From Geosiphon pyriformis uo1 (lineage: Eukaryota; Fungi; Glomeromycota): DNA of 63,955 nt. The stretch spans positions 248,046 to 312,000 of the forward strand of contig JAAOMT010000512.1 in assembly GCA_016748015.1 (NCBI GenBank). Reading direction: 5' to 3'. The notes under the pieces are model-generated. The model ran no database searches. It was not told where the DNA came from and worked only from the letters and a program-made list of their open reading frames with translations. This document shows positions 51,601 through 63,955 of the stretch, in pieces (positions within the stretch are counted from its first letter, which is position 1; the number at the start of each line of letters is the position of its first letter). The position numbers and the translations under genes were made by a program.

Positions 51601-54600
51601 CTATTTCAAATTATTATTTATTATTTAATCAATTATCACATATCATGATTTAATTAAATAATCTAATTAGTATAACAGAAAGTAGGATGATCAAATTACA
51701 CAATATTTTGAACTTTGTAACATTCAAAAATTTGCCGAAATTTATAAGAAATTTGCCAAAATTTATAGAAATTTGCCAAAATTATGAATAGTTCACCCAA
51801 ATTAATCAATAGTTTAGCGAAATAACTTGTAATTCATCAAAATGTATCTTTAGTTTGCCAAAAGTTGAGCAAAGAGAAAAAGTGCAAGTTCATAAACTAG
51901 TACTACAACAAATTATATAAAAGAAGAGCTTTTCTTTTCAAGAAAATGTATTTTACTTTAGATTTATCACTTAGAACCGTTCTTATACACACAAAAAGAA
52001 ATAAATATCAAATAATTCGAAAAACCAAATTCTTTAATTATTGCACTTGGAAAATCCCCAAAACCCAACTAACATTTCGAAATTGATTAGCTACCAATTT
52101 CAGTAAACTGTTAGTGACTCCAGGCCTGGATAGAAAACGTTTCCCTTGATAAAATCCTATTTCTTTTACATTTCTTTTATTTTTCTTTTATTTTCTTATT
52201 ACAATTATTAGAGTAGCCTACAGATGAGATTCCTGTAGAAGAGTTGACTTTCACAGCAAAGTAACTACACATTTTTAGTGAGCTTCCAGATGAGCAATTC
52301 CTGGGAAAGAGTTGATGTTTACTACAATGTAACTATACAAAGTAACTGGCATAGAATTGGCCATTCCACTTATAAGCCCAGCAGTTCAAATTATAGAAGA
52401 TAATTTGAAGATAAATTCAGTTATTGGAGGTTCAACTACTTCTAGAAAACATGAATTTGCAACCAACAGACAGTTATAACATTTAAAAAAAGAGACCAAA
52501 AACCTCCAGTAATACTGCAGCACTAACCAAAACTCCCTGTTTTTCTCCAGAGCATTCTCAACAACCAAGCCAATAGCAAAAATAGGAAACTGGGTCAAAG
52601 TACCTTTCAACACTAAAAAATTGTCATCATGAAAAACATTAAACTTGTTACAAGCCAAAAATATCCGATTAAATAGGATCTTAAATAGTATTTTGCATGC
52701 TGTTTTGACTAATGCAATAAGTCTAGTATTTGTCAAAACACCATTCCACTCATAAGGTTTCGGAATCATTGAAACCCATGCTTCTTTTTACAGATCAGGA
52801 ACTGCACCCATACTTAAACATAAATTCAATAATTTCAAAAGACAGACCAAAACCTCCCTATCACAACGCTTTCAAAGTTCATTAGATATTCCTGATAACT
52901 TGGCTGCTTTATTGTTCAGCAGATTATCTACAACCAAAAACAATTCTTCCATACCAATTTTATTTATTGTACCAGAAAAAGCATCATTATTCACATAATC
53001 CAGAAGCATATATTGACAAGTTCAGAGGTCAGGTATTTTTGGAAGAACTGATCACTTTCTTGTCTACTTTCTCATAATTTTATCAACTTTAAGCTTTACT
53101 TCATTAGGCTCAATTACTAGCTCATCATCTATTACCAAGTGATCCAAAACCACCTTGCGAAATGGACATTCCAGAATGCTCTTTATCATCTTTTCTTTGT
53201 CAGAACAGAAGTTTTTTATATGATGGTCAATTGCCTTTCTTATAGTAGTATTTTCACCAACCTTGAACTCGCAATACTTGGACTTATGATACCCTTTTCT
53301 TATTACCAACAAATATTTAATCAACTTCATCAAGCTCACACCATTCAAAACCATGCCATTAACTTTAGAAGCTTCAATTACATCAATAGTCAACCAGACT
53401 TTAATAAGGTGGTTGAAATTCAAGAGATTACCAGAGTTCCAACATTTCACAACTTTTGCAACAAGCAGCTCTAATTTAAAGAATTTGAAAGATTGTTTAT
53501 TTCTTGAACAGTCATATTTACTATATCAGAGCTTAGAAAAAACTGTGTCAGCAGCCTATACTATGATCTCTTCTAATATTTTTCACATTGTATTCAAGTT
53601 ACCATTGATTCTTGCCTTCTTAAATATGTCCGACTTAGCCAACAACATGGCAAAAGAGCAGTCTTTAAAGCCTAATCATTGAACATCATTTGCATTTTTT
53701 AATTTGAACTTCCACCAGTCTTGGTTGGCTTGTCTGCAAATGCTAATAAGATGTATATCCAACAGCCCACCCAAACCAATTAAAACAAAAACTGATTTAT
53801 AATCTGTATCAAAAAACTCAGACACACTATTGACAAAATGTGATGCCATAGCAGACACCAAATTCCCATTCACTAAAATAAAATCAATCACTTTCTCAAC
53901 ACCTCTAAAATTGCTCTAGGTAGAAGTCTTGACCAATAAGTATCTATCAAAAGTATTAACCAGGCCCAGACCCAAACAGAACTTGAAACTTGCACTTTTG
54001 CTAGAATTATTCTCATTAAAGTTACCACCTAAAACCACAAAAAAGCTGGAATTGACCACTTCGGAAACCATAGAATTGATATCAGCAGCTTAACTAAATC
54101 ATGTGCCAATAGATGCACCAATGTACAGACCCAAGATCATAACTAAAAGCTTGTTCTTAAACAAAAAGTGCACAGAAATCAAACAACCAAAAATCTTATT
54201 TACTTTCAAAACATGCTGAGCCAAAGAATTGTTCATAATTATGGCAACTCCAGCATCATGAAACACAATATCCAAACCAGAAATAAAAACCCAAAGTTTA
54301 TCAAATTTATTCATGATCCAAGGCCTAATGTCAGACCTCAATTTTGCCTTAGTAACAATCAAAATCATATTTTCCGAATCCTTATGCCAACAAACAATGT
54401 TTTTCTGTTTAGCTAAATTTGACATATTTCTAATATTACATGTAGCCACTCTCCAAATAAGCTCACTTATTGATGTAAAAGATGCACCAAAAAACCCAAA
54501 TTTAAGCACAACAGATCTAATTTCCCCAAAATTGAGCTAATAGAAACTTTAAAAGCCATCATTTTAGATTCCAAACCACCAACTTTGGAGGTAAGAACTT

Positions 54601-56460
54601 TTGAACTGCTCAGACCCAAATCTACCACTTTGTCTTCTAATACTGGAGACAAAGGAGAAAAAGACAGCTGAGGGACATCCAAAACCATATCAGTATCTGG
54701 TGCCAACATAGAAACAGAGGCAGCCAAAAGTACAACTTGAGTAGTAGGCACTAGGGACACCAGCTCCACACCATTTAATCTATGCACAATATCTGACACC
54801 TGATTAGCTAGTAATTCTAATAAACATTCCAGTGAAGCTAAACAATTATTGATTAAGGAATCATTTTGAACAACCAGTGCACTTTTTTTAATACTCAAAG
54901 AACCAGAAAGAGGAAGACCAGACCCAAAATCAGAATCGAAATGAGGGCCACTAAAAGGAGAAGCAAGTGAGACCACTTGCACCTAAGATTTGCCACCAAA
55001 GACAGCAGGTTTAGAAATAGGAACACCTTTCCTAGCATACAATTTTGCCAGCCAGAGATGATGGTCTTCTGAAGGAACTCTTTTAACAGGTCTTAAGAGC
55101 TTAAAGATGGGTGGAGTTGGTACATTACACTCTAGAGCAGAATGGCCAAGATGTCCATACTTCTCACAGTGAACCAAGTCCAATCTAGCCCAAGATAATT
55201 TAACACCAAATATTAGCTCAGTATGATAAGCAGACTCCAAATTCTTCTCAGAATTAAAACCAACTACAGCACAGCATATCTGGTTGCCAGAATCCATTGA
55301 GTGATTAATGACACAGGTTTTCTCACCAGTCTTATCCAAAAGAGTGTCTAAATCATGAACAGTTGTTTCTATTGGCAAAGTAAAAAGCAATGCTCTGAAC
55401 CTATCTCTTAACACCCAAGTTTTACAATCACTTACAGCCATAGCCACATGCACCAAATCTTTACCAATCAAGAAAAACCATTTAGCAGCCAATTGTTTAG
55501 CCTGATCTACATCAGCAAATTCCACCACAGCTTTTTTGCCACAATCCAATAAGTTGAATTTTGATCGACTTAATTTTACCAAACTCAGCTAGAGCAGCAA
55601 CAATCATATCCTTTGGTGTGTTTATGGGAATTTTTTTGATGACCACAGCTTGATCTGAATGAATTTCTTGTTTCTTAAGATCGCTGTTTACATCAATTCT
55701 TTTTTCTCTGGCCAATGATGTGGCGTTAATCATGCTTTCTTCAGAAGTAAACATAGATCTGATGATCCTTTCAAATTTTGAAGGAGTAGTGGCTCTCCCA
55801 AAACTATTGACTAAAGAAAAAATTTTCCTGATGAATTGAGTTTTTGCCATTGCTGATTTCCCTTCCATAGCACTAAGATTAATATCAAGCACAAAAGACT
55901 TTTTGACAGACACTTCAACTTGAATTTTGACAATTTTCAGGTCAACACATTTTTTCTCAAGAGAAATTTTAAGAAAGGGAGAAAGGGGGTCTATTATCTT
56001 CATCCATGCCATAATCGATTGAGCCAAGAGGAAAGCCACAAACCATGTTGGTAATTATCTTTTTAGCTTTAGGAGTGTTTGTCACCAAACCAAGAAAAAA
56101 ACTATTGCCAGCACTAAAAAAAATATTATTACCCTCACTATCATCAGACATACTGTCTATATCCGAATACACACCATGACTAGGAATAGGTTTGATCAAA
56201 GAAATATCTTTTTCATCTCCAGAATGCTTGATATTATCAACAGAAACCCTTTTTTTTTAAGAGAAAGAAACCCCAACAGGACCATAAAAAATTCTTATGA
56301 ACACCTTCTTCTTAGATATAGCACTACTTGAAGCAGCAGCCAAGTTTACCACAAAAAGATTATTTGATTTAGAAATGTTTGCAAGAAATAGCAAGAAAAA
56401 ATAAAAACTTCTTTTTTGAAAAATGCTTTTTGGGGTTTTTTAAAAGTAAGAGAGAAAAAA
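48650..56460 (-). mobile_element. LINE copy 2, near full length: ORF1 (~56350-54467, RRM-like + CCHC) and ORF2 (54470-48784: APE endonuclease, RT, RNase H, Zn finger), poly(A) at ~48650
   Basis: ORF1 CEKYGHLGHSALEC. ORF2 WRVATCN, LGGNFNE, IDFI..DTD, MIPKPYEW, FVND, YTDGS..ELQAV..SDSQ..KVKGHS..GN and CLLCDKVEFSD. Many stops. Confidence 0.92.
51524..52514 (+). mobile_element. solo LTR of the element A family inside the LINE copy 2 RT domain, 4-bp TSD CTGC
   Basis: atcCTGC|TGTTATCAG...CCAGTAATA|CTGCagc. Removing it restores WLVLQDMH. Confidence 0.93.
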
Positions 56461-56661
56461 GTTTTATTTGTTAAAGAAGTTATTAAGAAAAAATACAATA
56501 TTATATTGTTATTGACCAGCAAACATTAATTGAACACCAAAAATTTTATTAAAAACACACATAATAATTTTAATATTATTTATAAAAACTTAAAATAATT
56601 TTTATAAAAGATAACAATAACAAAAACAAAAATTATAGAAATTTTACAATCTTAAAAATAT

Positions 56662-57010
56662 TATTATTAATAAAATTTAAGTTATTAATTACTTTTATAA
56701 TTTTTATTATTAATTAACATATAATATTGTTTTTGTTTTTATTATATATTATTTAATTAAATTATTAAATTTTATCATTTAATTAATAATTAAATTTATA
56801 TAATACATAAATATAATTAAATACAATAATTAAATTATGCAATATTTTAAATTATATAACTTTTAAAATTTGTTAAAATATTTAATAATTTGTCAAATTA
56901 ATTTGTAATTTACTAAAATATATATTTAAACTTGAAAAAAGTCATAAAAATATTAACAAAAAAAGTATATTAAAACTTAAAATAATATTAAAACAAATTA
57001 TATAAAAAAA
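56662..57010 (+). repeat. highly degenerate LTR-A U3 fragment between the two divergent LINEs
   Basis: tattattaataaaatttaagttattaatta corresponds to tgttaccagtgaaattttagctattaatta and stays collinear up to acaaattatataaaa. Confidence 0.65.
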
Positions 57011-57074
57011 AAATTTAAAATTAATTTATTAAATAATAAATTATTTAAATAAAATAATTATTATAAAAAAAAAT

Positions 57075-60000
57075 TTTCTTTCTTTCATTCATCCCAAATT
57101 CCCAAAAAAGAGCCAAGAAAATTTTTCTGAAAGAAGTTTTTTCAACATTTAGCATGATAAATCCAAACCATTTTTGCTTGATTACAAGACCATTATTAGT
57201 CTTTGTATTGCTGTTCTGACCAAGTTTATCATGGAGCCTAGTTTTAATATTGAAGTTAAGTCTGCTAAGTCTAGAAAGAAAAAGAGAGGTGGTGCTTTGG
57301 AGAACAATATTGATAATAAAAAATTCACCACTGTTAAGATGTTAAGTAGGCATTCTTAGGAGTTTAAGACTGGTGATACTACTGAGTTTGATAGTGTGAA
57401 CATGGAGAAAAAATGTTTGGTTGAAAAAACCAGCTTTGATCATAGAGAAGGTGGCACTTTTGCTGGTAGGAACTCGAACCAAACTCTTAAGAATTCAAAA
57501 ATTCAGACCAAAAGAGCACTGAGTAAGTCACTTGAAAAAATCAACTTTTTAAGCAATGATAACAATGACATTCTTTTGGATGAACCTGTGGTTCTTCTTC
57601 CTTCTTTGAAGAACTTGGTTAATGTTTTTGTTTATAAATCTTTTGCTTTGGATATTGGGCTGGACAAGGTAGTGGGTAAATCTTCTCAAAAGAAATGCAC
57701 AGTGGTCAGAAAATTATTTTCAAGAATCAATGGTTTTGGAGAGGTTTCTACTTCCTTAAAATTCTCTAGGATTATCCAAGCGACTTTTACCTCTGAATTA
57801 GATTTGATAAAAGCCACTGAAAAGACTATTGGTGCAAAGATCATTGTAAACACCAATTTTAAGAAATCTACTGGGTAATCAGATCAGGCTGTGGTTATGA
57901 AAGAAATACTAATTGAAACAATGGCTGAGATTGTGCACACTGTGCTATCTGAGTTTGGCATAATTAAGTCAATCAAGATGCAATTAGTGGGGCTGTGGCA
58001 GAAAGCAGTGGTTGAATTTGAATAGGTTAAGTATGCTAATTTGGCTGCAGCACGTTGATCTATTCTGATTGGAAAAGATACAGTATGGGTTGCTAGATCT
58101 GATATGGACAAAGAATCTTAGGACACGAGAGATGTTCACAAAGCCCTTTTGTACACTCTTCTAATAGAAACAAATGCACATAATATTTGAGACTATATTA
58201 CTTTAGTGGGTGGAAAAACTTGTCTCATTGACTGGCATCTGGTTTCTTATGTCCAAGCCAGATGTGCCACTATCTGTTTTGATTCTTCTGAATCTCTGAA
58301 TGCTGTCTTAAAAACCACACCTGTTTTGAAAGGGGCCAATCTTTACTGGGCTTATCTTGTTTTGGCTAAGTGTATGGAATGTAAGAAAATAGGTTATACC
58401 TTCTTATCTTGTTCTGTTGGTATAAAAAAGAATGTTTCTTTTAATGCTTTCTCATGGAAATTCTGTTGGATTCAGATAAAAGCAGGCTGGCTGCTATTTA
58501 TGCCAAATGCTCAGTTCCAGTTGCTTGTCCTGTTTCTTTTGAAGGTGTTTTCTGAGCATAGATCACTAGTGGATCTTCTTTTCCTCCTCTTCCTGTTCAA
58601 AATAGTTTATCAGGTGCTGGCTATTCTTCAGAGTTAAAGCCTACTCCATTGGTGTCTTTGGAAGTAAATGATAGATTTGTCATTTTTGAACACAGTCTTG
58701 TTAGCCTTGTAGAGTGTATTGATAAGCTGGCTAAGAGGTTGGACACACCCAGGCCAACAGTTTCCTAGCTTAGCCTTGGACATTAGCTGTTGGTAATCCT
58801 TTTGTCATAGAATCAAAGGGTAAATATAGTGATAAGTAAGAGTTCGGGTGTGGCCATTAGTGGTAGAACTAAAGTAAAAGTGGTGATGTTTGATTTCTCT
58901 GTTATCAAAAAGTTGAAGAACACTTTGCACAATTTGTTAATTACAGTTATGGGCCTTTCGGCCAAAATAGACAATGCTGGTTTCTGCTGCTTCCTTTTCT
59001 CAATGACAGATCTAATCTGAAAAATTGCTACATGCAATGTTAAAGGCATGAACAATCCTCCAAAGCAAGATAATATTGTGCATTGGCATAAGGACATGAA
59101 CAATTCTATTTCGATTTTTATGGAAACTAAGCTGAAAAGGAAGATACATTCATGGATTGTTAAAAGATTTAAGAGCATCTATGTGTTTACTTCTGAGTTG
59201 GACACTAGTTACTTGAGATTAGGTATTATGGTGGTTATGAATAATTCTTTGGCAAGGCATGTGTATAAGATTTCTAAGGTTCCTGGTCAACTCCTCTCTA
59301 TTAAGTTGTTTTTTAAAGATAAGCTTTCCATCTTAATTTTGGGGCTTTATGCTGAAGCATCTTTCTTGGTCTGTTTTTCTCAGGCTGATAAAATCAATTC
59401 ACTCATGGCTAGAGCTGTGAATGAATTTTCTTTTGTTATTCTTGGTGGTAATTTCAATGAAAATGGTTCTCATAGATGTGCCAGCTTTAAAAAATGTCTT
59501 GACCTGGAGTTAGTCAATTCTTTAGTTAGAAGTTTGGCAGTGCAGACACTTATTTGGTCAAATTCTTGCAGAGTTGTAAAAGTGATTGATTATGTGCTTG
59601 TTTTTGCAAATTTAGTCAGTGTGTTAGTGCATTATGGTGTTCTGAAAGTTGATAAACATTTTGACACTGACCATTGGGCTGTTTCTGTGTCTGTGAGTTT
59701 GAGTAAGTTATTAAATACACAATTGAACTCTCTTCACAAAAAAACAAATATGGATCATTGGAAGTATAATATCAAAAGTATTGACAAAGTTAAGTGGTGT
59801 AAATTCAAAGTGTTAATAACAGCAAATGCCACTATGTTTTTTGATGAGTTTGTTTCCTCAGTAGTATCTTTTGATCTAGATTCTATGTAGGAAATTGTTT
59901 GTAAAGTGATGGTTTTTTCAGCTAATAAATCATTTAAGAAAAAATGGTTCAAAAGCTTTGATAGCATTTTTACCAAGAGCTCTTCTAGGTTTTACAAATT

Positions 60001-63000
60001 GGAAATTTTGGTTTTGAAAATAGTTAAAGTGTCCCGTGGACAAGACTCTGTAAGATTTGCATCTTTGATAAGCCATTGGGCTTCTTTGGACTCTGACAAA
60101 GCCTTAATGGTACAGGTTTTTTTGGACTCTGATGCAGATTTTAACCATGTTAGATCTGCTTTTTTTGGCATATAAAAGTCTTATCACACTTCTAATCTTG
60201 CTGAATCTTCAAGGACTTGAGAGTCAAGTATTAGATCTGTCATTAATAGGCTTATAAAAAGCTTTGCTTCTGATAAAAGTTACACTATTAAGAGTGTTTT
60301 AGAACATCCTTTCTGTAAGGTAGAATTGGACCATCTGGTTGTTGGTAATAAATTGATTTTGGAGCCTGATTTGGTCAAGGCTAAGGTGGATGTGATTATA
60401 GAAGAGTAGACTTGGAGACGCAAAGTGGTTTCTAATATCTCTAATAATTGGTCTCGTTAATACCAGCCTTTAGAATATGTCTTTAATGGTGTATTCTCAG
60501 ATGTAATATAACCAATTGGTTTTGATGAGTTGTTTGATATGGTTTTTGATCTGTCTGATGACAAAGCTGCTGGTCTTTCTAGTATCTTCAATGAACTTTG
60601 GAAACACTGTGACAAATTCATTATGGATATGTTTTTGGAGCTTTTGAATACTTGTTTGATTAGTGAATCAATGCCCAGTTTCTGGAAAGAGGCTTGGGTC
60701 TTAATGATCCCTAAACCATATGAATGGGAGAGTATTCTTACAAACACCCATTTTATTGCTCTAATTGAAATGGCCCATAAAATTCTCTTCAAGATCCTGT
60801 CTGATAGGATTTCTCTAACATATAGCAGCTTTGATGTTCTTTGTAGTAACAACTTTTCTGTCCTAAAAGGTACTTCTATACAGTCACCCATTTTTGCAGT
60901 CAGCTCGGTAATAAAGAATGCTCTAGAGAAGAACCGTAAACTCTGGCTTGTTCTGCAGAACATGCAAAAGACATATAATTCTGTTGATTGGGAGCATCTT
61001 AGAAAGAGTTTAATTAGGATTAAAATATATAGCAATTTCATACATTTTTTTGGTAATATTCATTGCAATTGAATCAACAGAGTTATAACTGACTTTGGCT
61101 TAATTAATAAATATCATGTTCATAATGGCTTAGATTAGAGAAAAATTTTCTCACCACTTTTCTGGCACATATTTTATAATTCCCTTCTTTGTGAAGTCAA
61201 AAGACAAGAAAATGTGTGTGGATACAGATTAAATTCTCATTTCATCTCGAAAAATGGTCATCTGGAACTTGTTGCTGAGTTGTCTTCCTTCTTTGCTGCT
61301 GGGGCTTTTGTCAATGATACAATTTGGATTGGTAGCAATCAGAGTGCTACTCAGCATATTCTCAATGTTGCCAGTAAATTTTTCTAGGTTAATGACATTT
61401 CAATTAATACAGATAAGACTGTTGTCATCCCTATTAATTGTGGAGTTAGTAGTCCTTCTTTATTTATTAATGGCTCACCTATTGCTATTGCAAAAAGAAG
61501 GGAATTACATCATTATTTAGGCATCTTTCTTTCAACTGAGGATCTTTTAAAGTCTAGCTTGGCCAAAGCACAGTCAGATGTTTGGTTTTTTTCTAACTTT
61601 GTGCTAAGAAAAACCATCTCTGATAAACAATTTTTGTACTTGGTTTCGGCTGTTCTCCATCCTATCGTGAGTTATAGAACTTAGTTCAGTTTTATATCTT
61701 TCAATGTATGCAACAAATGAGATACTTTGATTTGAAAAGGTCTTAAACTAAAATCTGGTCTTCCTCTTGATTTTCCGAATGATTCAATCTACCACCCCTC
61801 CTTTTATGGTTTAAAGTCTTTTGAACAGGTGTAATCTAAAGACAAATTGGCATCACTCGTGAATTTTGCGAACTCTGATGGGATTTTGGGTCATATGTTC
61901 TCTTATAGGTCTCATGACTTGCAAGTTTTGTGTTGGCATCCTATTCACTCTCTGAGTTCCCCAGTTTGTATTCGCATCAGTCCTTTAAATAATTTTTTAG
62001 CTGGTGTGATCCATGTTTTTGCAAAATATAATCTGTCTTTAAGTGGATTTTTGAGTGATTTTTTTTGTTATTGGGATGGGATCCCTATGTTAGTGGTTCT
62101 TGGAGAGGCTAAGTTCTGTGCATGTTTCCTCTCTCTATGTTAGTATGGTGTTGTCTTTGTGAATTAGCTTTGTAATTGTCATGGTGCTATTTTTAATTGG
62201 AAAACTTTTAAGCACTAGAAAAAATTGGATTCTCGTGGTCCAGTTCCTGATTGGTTTAGTTTTTTTGTTACCTTTCTCAATAATGTGACTTTTTTTTCTG
62301 TTAGCCCATGTACTTTTGAAGGTGTTGGTAGATCTTTGAATATTCTAGAGTCTCAGGAATTTAAGTTGGTATGTAGTCAGTTGTCTCATGTTAGTGTTGG
62401 TAATCTGTCCATCTATACAGATTGTTCTCTGAGGGATTTGGGCACCATACAAAGGAAGACTAGTGCTGTTGTCTTTTTTGATGACATTGGTTTAGGTTTG
62501 GGCATAAAGTCTCTGGTTTGTTGTCTTCTACTTTGGTGAAGCTACAAGCCATAGCTCTGGTATTAGAATGTGTTCTTCTTCTTAGCTCAGTACGTTTACA
62601 CTCTGATAGTTAGGCTGCTCTGGATGTGTGCAAGTCAAAAGTACATCTAATCTGTCTGGATTTTCACATTTTGTACTGGGTGGAGCATCAGCATATTGTG
62701 GACATTATTCATTGCAAGAATTTGAAGGTGGAGTGGGTTAAGATAAAAGATCACTCAGATATTATGAGGAATGATTGTACAGATGCCTTTGCTGCTGTTG
62801 CTTCTGACTTTGTTTGGCACCTTCCTCCCCATTTGAAGAGACATTGCCTTCTGGCTGGTGGTAATTTCATTTCTGGTAATTTTAAGCATTTTGTTCAGAA
62901 TGCTATTTAGATCAGTTTATTATGCACATTGGAAAGTTGGTTCTGACAGGTGATTTAATATTGGACATTGATTGGTTAAGCTTTTCTTTGGTGTGGCACC

Positions 63001-63820
63001 CTGATTTGCATATGGCTGCAGGCTTTATGAGTAAACCCTCTGCTGGCTTGTATACATATTTTATAAAGGTTTTATATCATTGACTGTCTGTTGCTGTTCA
63101 GAAACAACTTTATTCCAAATATTATCTTAGTGTATTATGTTTGTTTTGCAGTGATGTTGAGGTTTCTAATCATGTTTTTTCTTGTGAAATTGATTTTCCT
63201 ACCTATTGTCAATTGTTGAATGCCTATGCAGCTTCCTGGGAGCTGATTTTTGGTCTCTCTCATTCCTTTTCTTGTGTATCTTAGCTTTTGTTATCTTGTG
63301 CTTTTAATATCTCTGTATTCACGACTCTTTTCAAAGGTTTTGTTCTTAACAATTGGTTCCAGGAGGCTGTATCTGTCTTTTATGATCCCAAACTTGTAAG
63401 TTGGAGGATTGTGGACTTTGTGCATGTTTTTGGTCTTAGTTTCAAGAATAGTATCTGGTTGGTTCATGCTAAACATTGAGCCTTCATGGAAAAAATAGGT
63501 TAATTTTACCTGATAATTCAATTCCTGTTTCAATTTTTGGACTGTCATCAAAGTTGTCTGCTGGTATCATTAAACTGCTTGGAATTGTTGATGCTTTTGG
63601 TGTTGGCTTTGGTTTTCATAAATCATGTTCATTCTTTTCTGGTATTGGTAATAATGTTTTAATTCACATAGTTGCTTAGTGGTGTCTTGATCGGTCTGAG
63701 TGGCTGGTTACGTGTAGAAAAGCATGATTTGCACCTAGTTTAGATTATTTATATGATGTATTGTATTAGGTAGTGTTTGGATCTCACTTGTAAAATGTTA
63801 ATAAAAAAAATAAAATAAAA
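57075..63820 (+). mobile_element. LINE copy 3, near full length: ORF1 from ATG 57231, ORF2 59003-63679, A-rich tail
   Basis: KIATCNVKG, LGGNFNE, VIDY..DTDH, KAAGLS..NELWK, MIPKPYEW, AFVND, YLGIFL, YTD..KIKDH, CLFCSDVEVSNH. Tail aataaaaaaaa at ~63800. Confidence 0.92.
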
Positions 63821-63955
63821 TAAATATTTTTATTTAAAAAACCAAACTTTTTTGGTAATTAATTGTTTTAATATTCTAAAATTAATTAATTGTTAATTTT
63901 TGTAAAAAAGTTAATTTTTACTATAAAATAATTATGTTGTTATAAATAAACTTAG

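Noticed and set aside
52215-52350. CAGATGAG..GAAAG motifs in LTR-A suggesting a ribozyme
   Set aside because: The core is CAGAUGA, not CUGAUGA. Better explained as a diverged ~68-bp internal tandem duplication.

Overview
Intron-rich fungal genomic DNA. The gene set, intron style and TE families point to Glomeromycotina/Mucoromycota; a Geosiphon-like genome is my inference and was not verified. The window has three parts. (1) 1-19.8 kb is a nest of retrotransposons. Ty3/gypsy element A (dUTPase and a Cys-rich insert between protease and RT) sits inside the 3' LTR of Ty3/gypsy element B (-1 frameshift, extra 3' ORF, 12-bp LTR repeat array). B interrupts an APE/RT/RNase H LINE that also carries a solo LTR. 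AT-rich TE relics follow. (2) 20.1-46.1 kb is a compact gene island: TPI1, a small hypothetical gene, an EMP47/ERGIC-53-like lectin, SHQ1, GUA1, CAB2/PPCS, a YAT1/FacC-type carnitine acetyltransferase, an intronless BTB gene, a pseudogene and an RRM+YTH protein. (3) 47.6-64 kb holds two head-to-head, near full-length LINEs, one interrupted by a solo LTR. Highlights: a clean AT-AC U12-type intron in CAB2; a dUTPase plus putative novel Zn-binding domain in a reading frame the ORF track missed; pervasive C>T/G>A hypermutation of repeats beyond CpG; a structured long intron in YAT1; a conserved LINE 3' stem. All calls were made by eye, without database searches.
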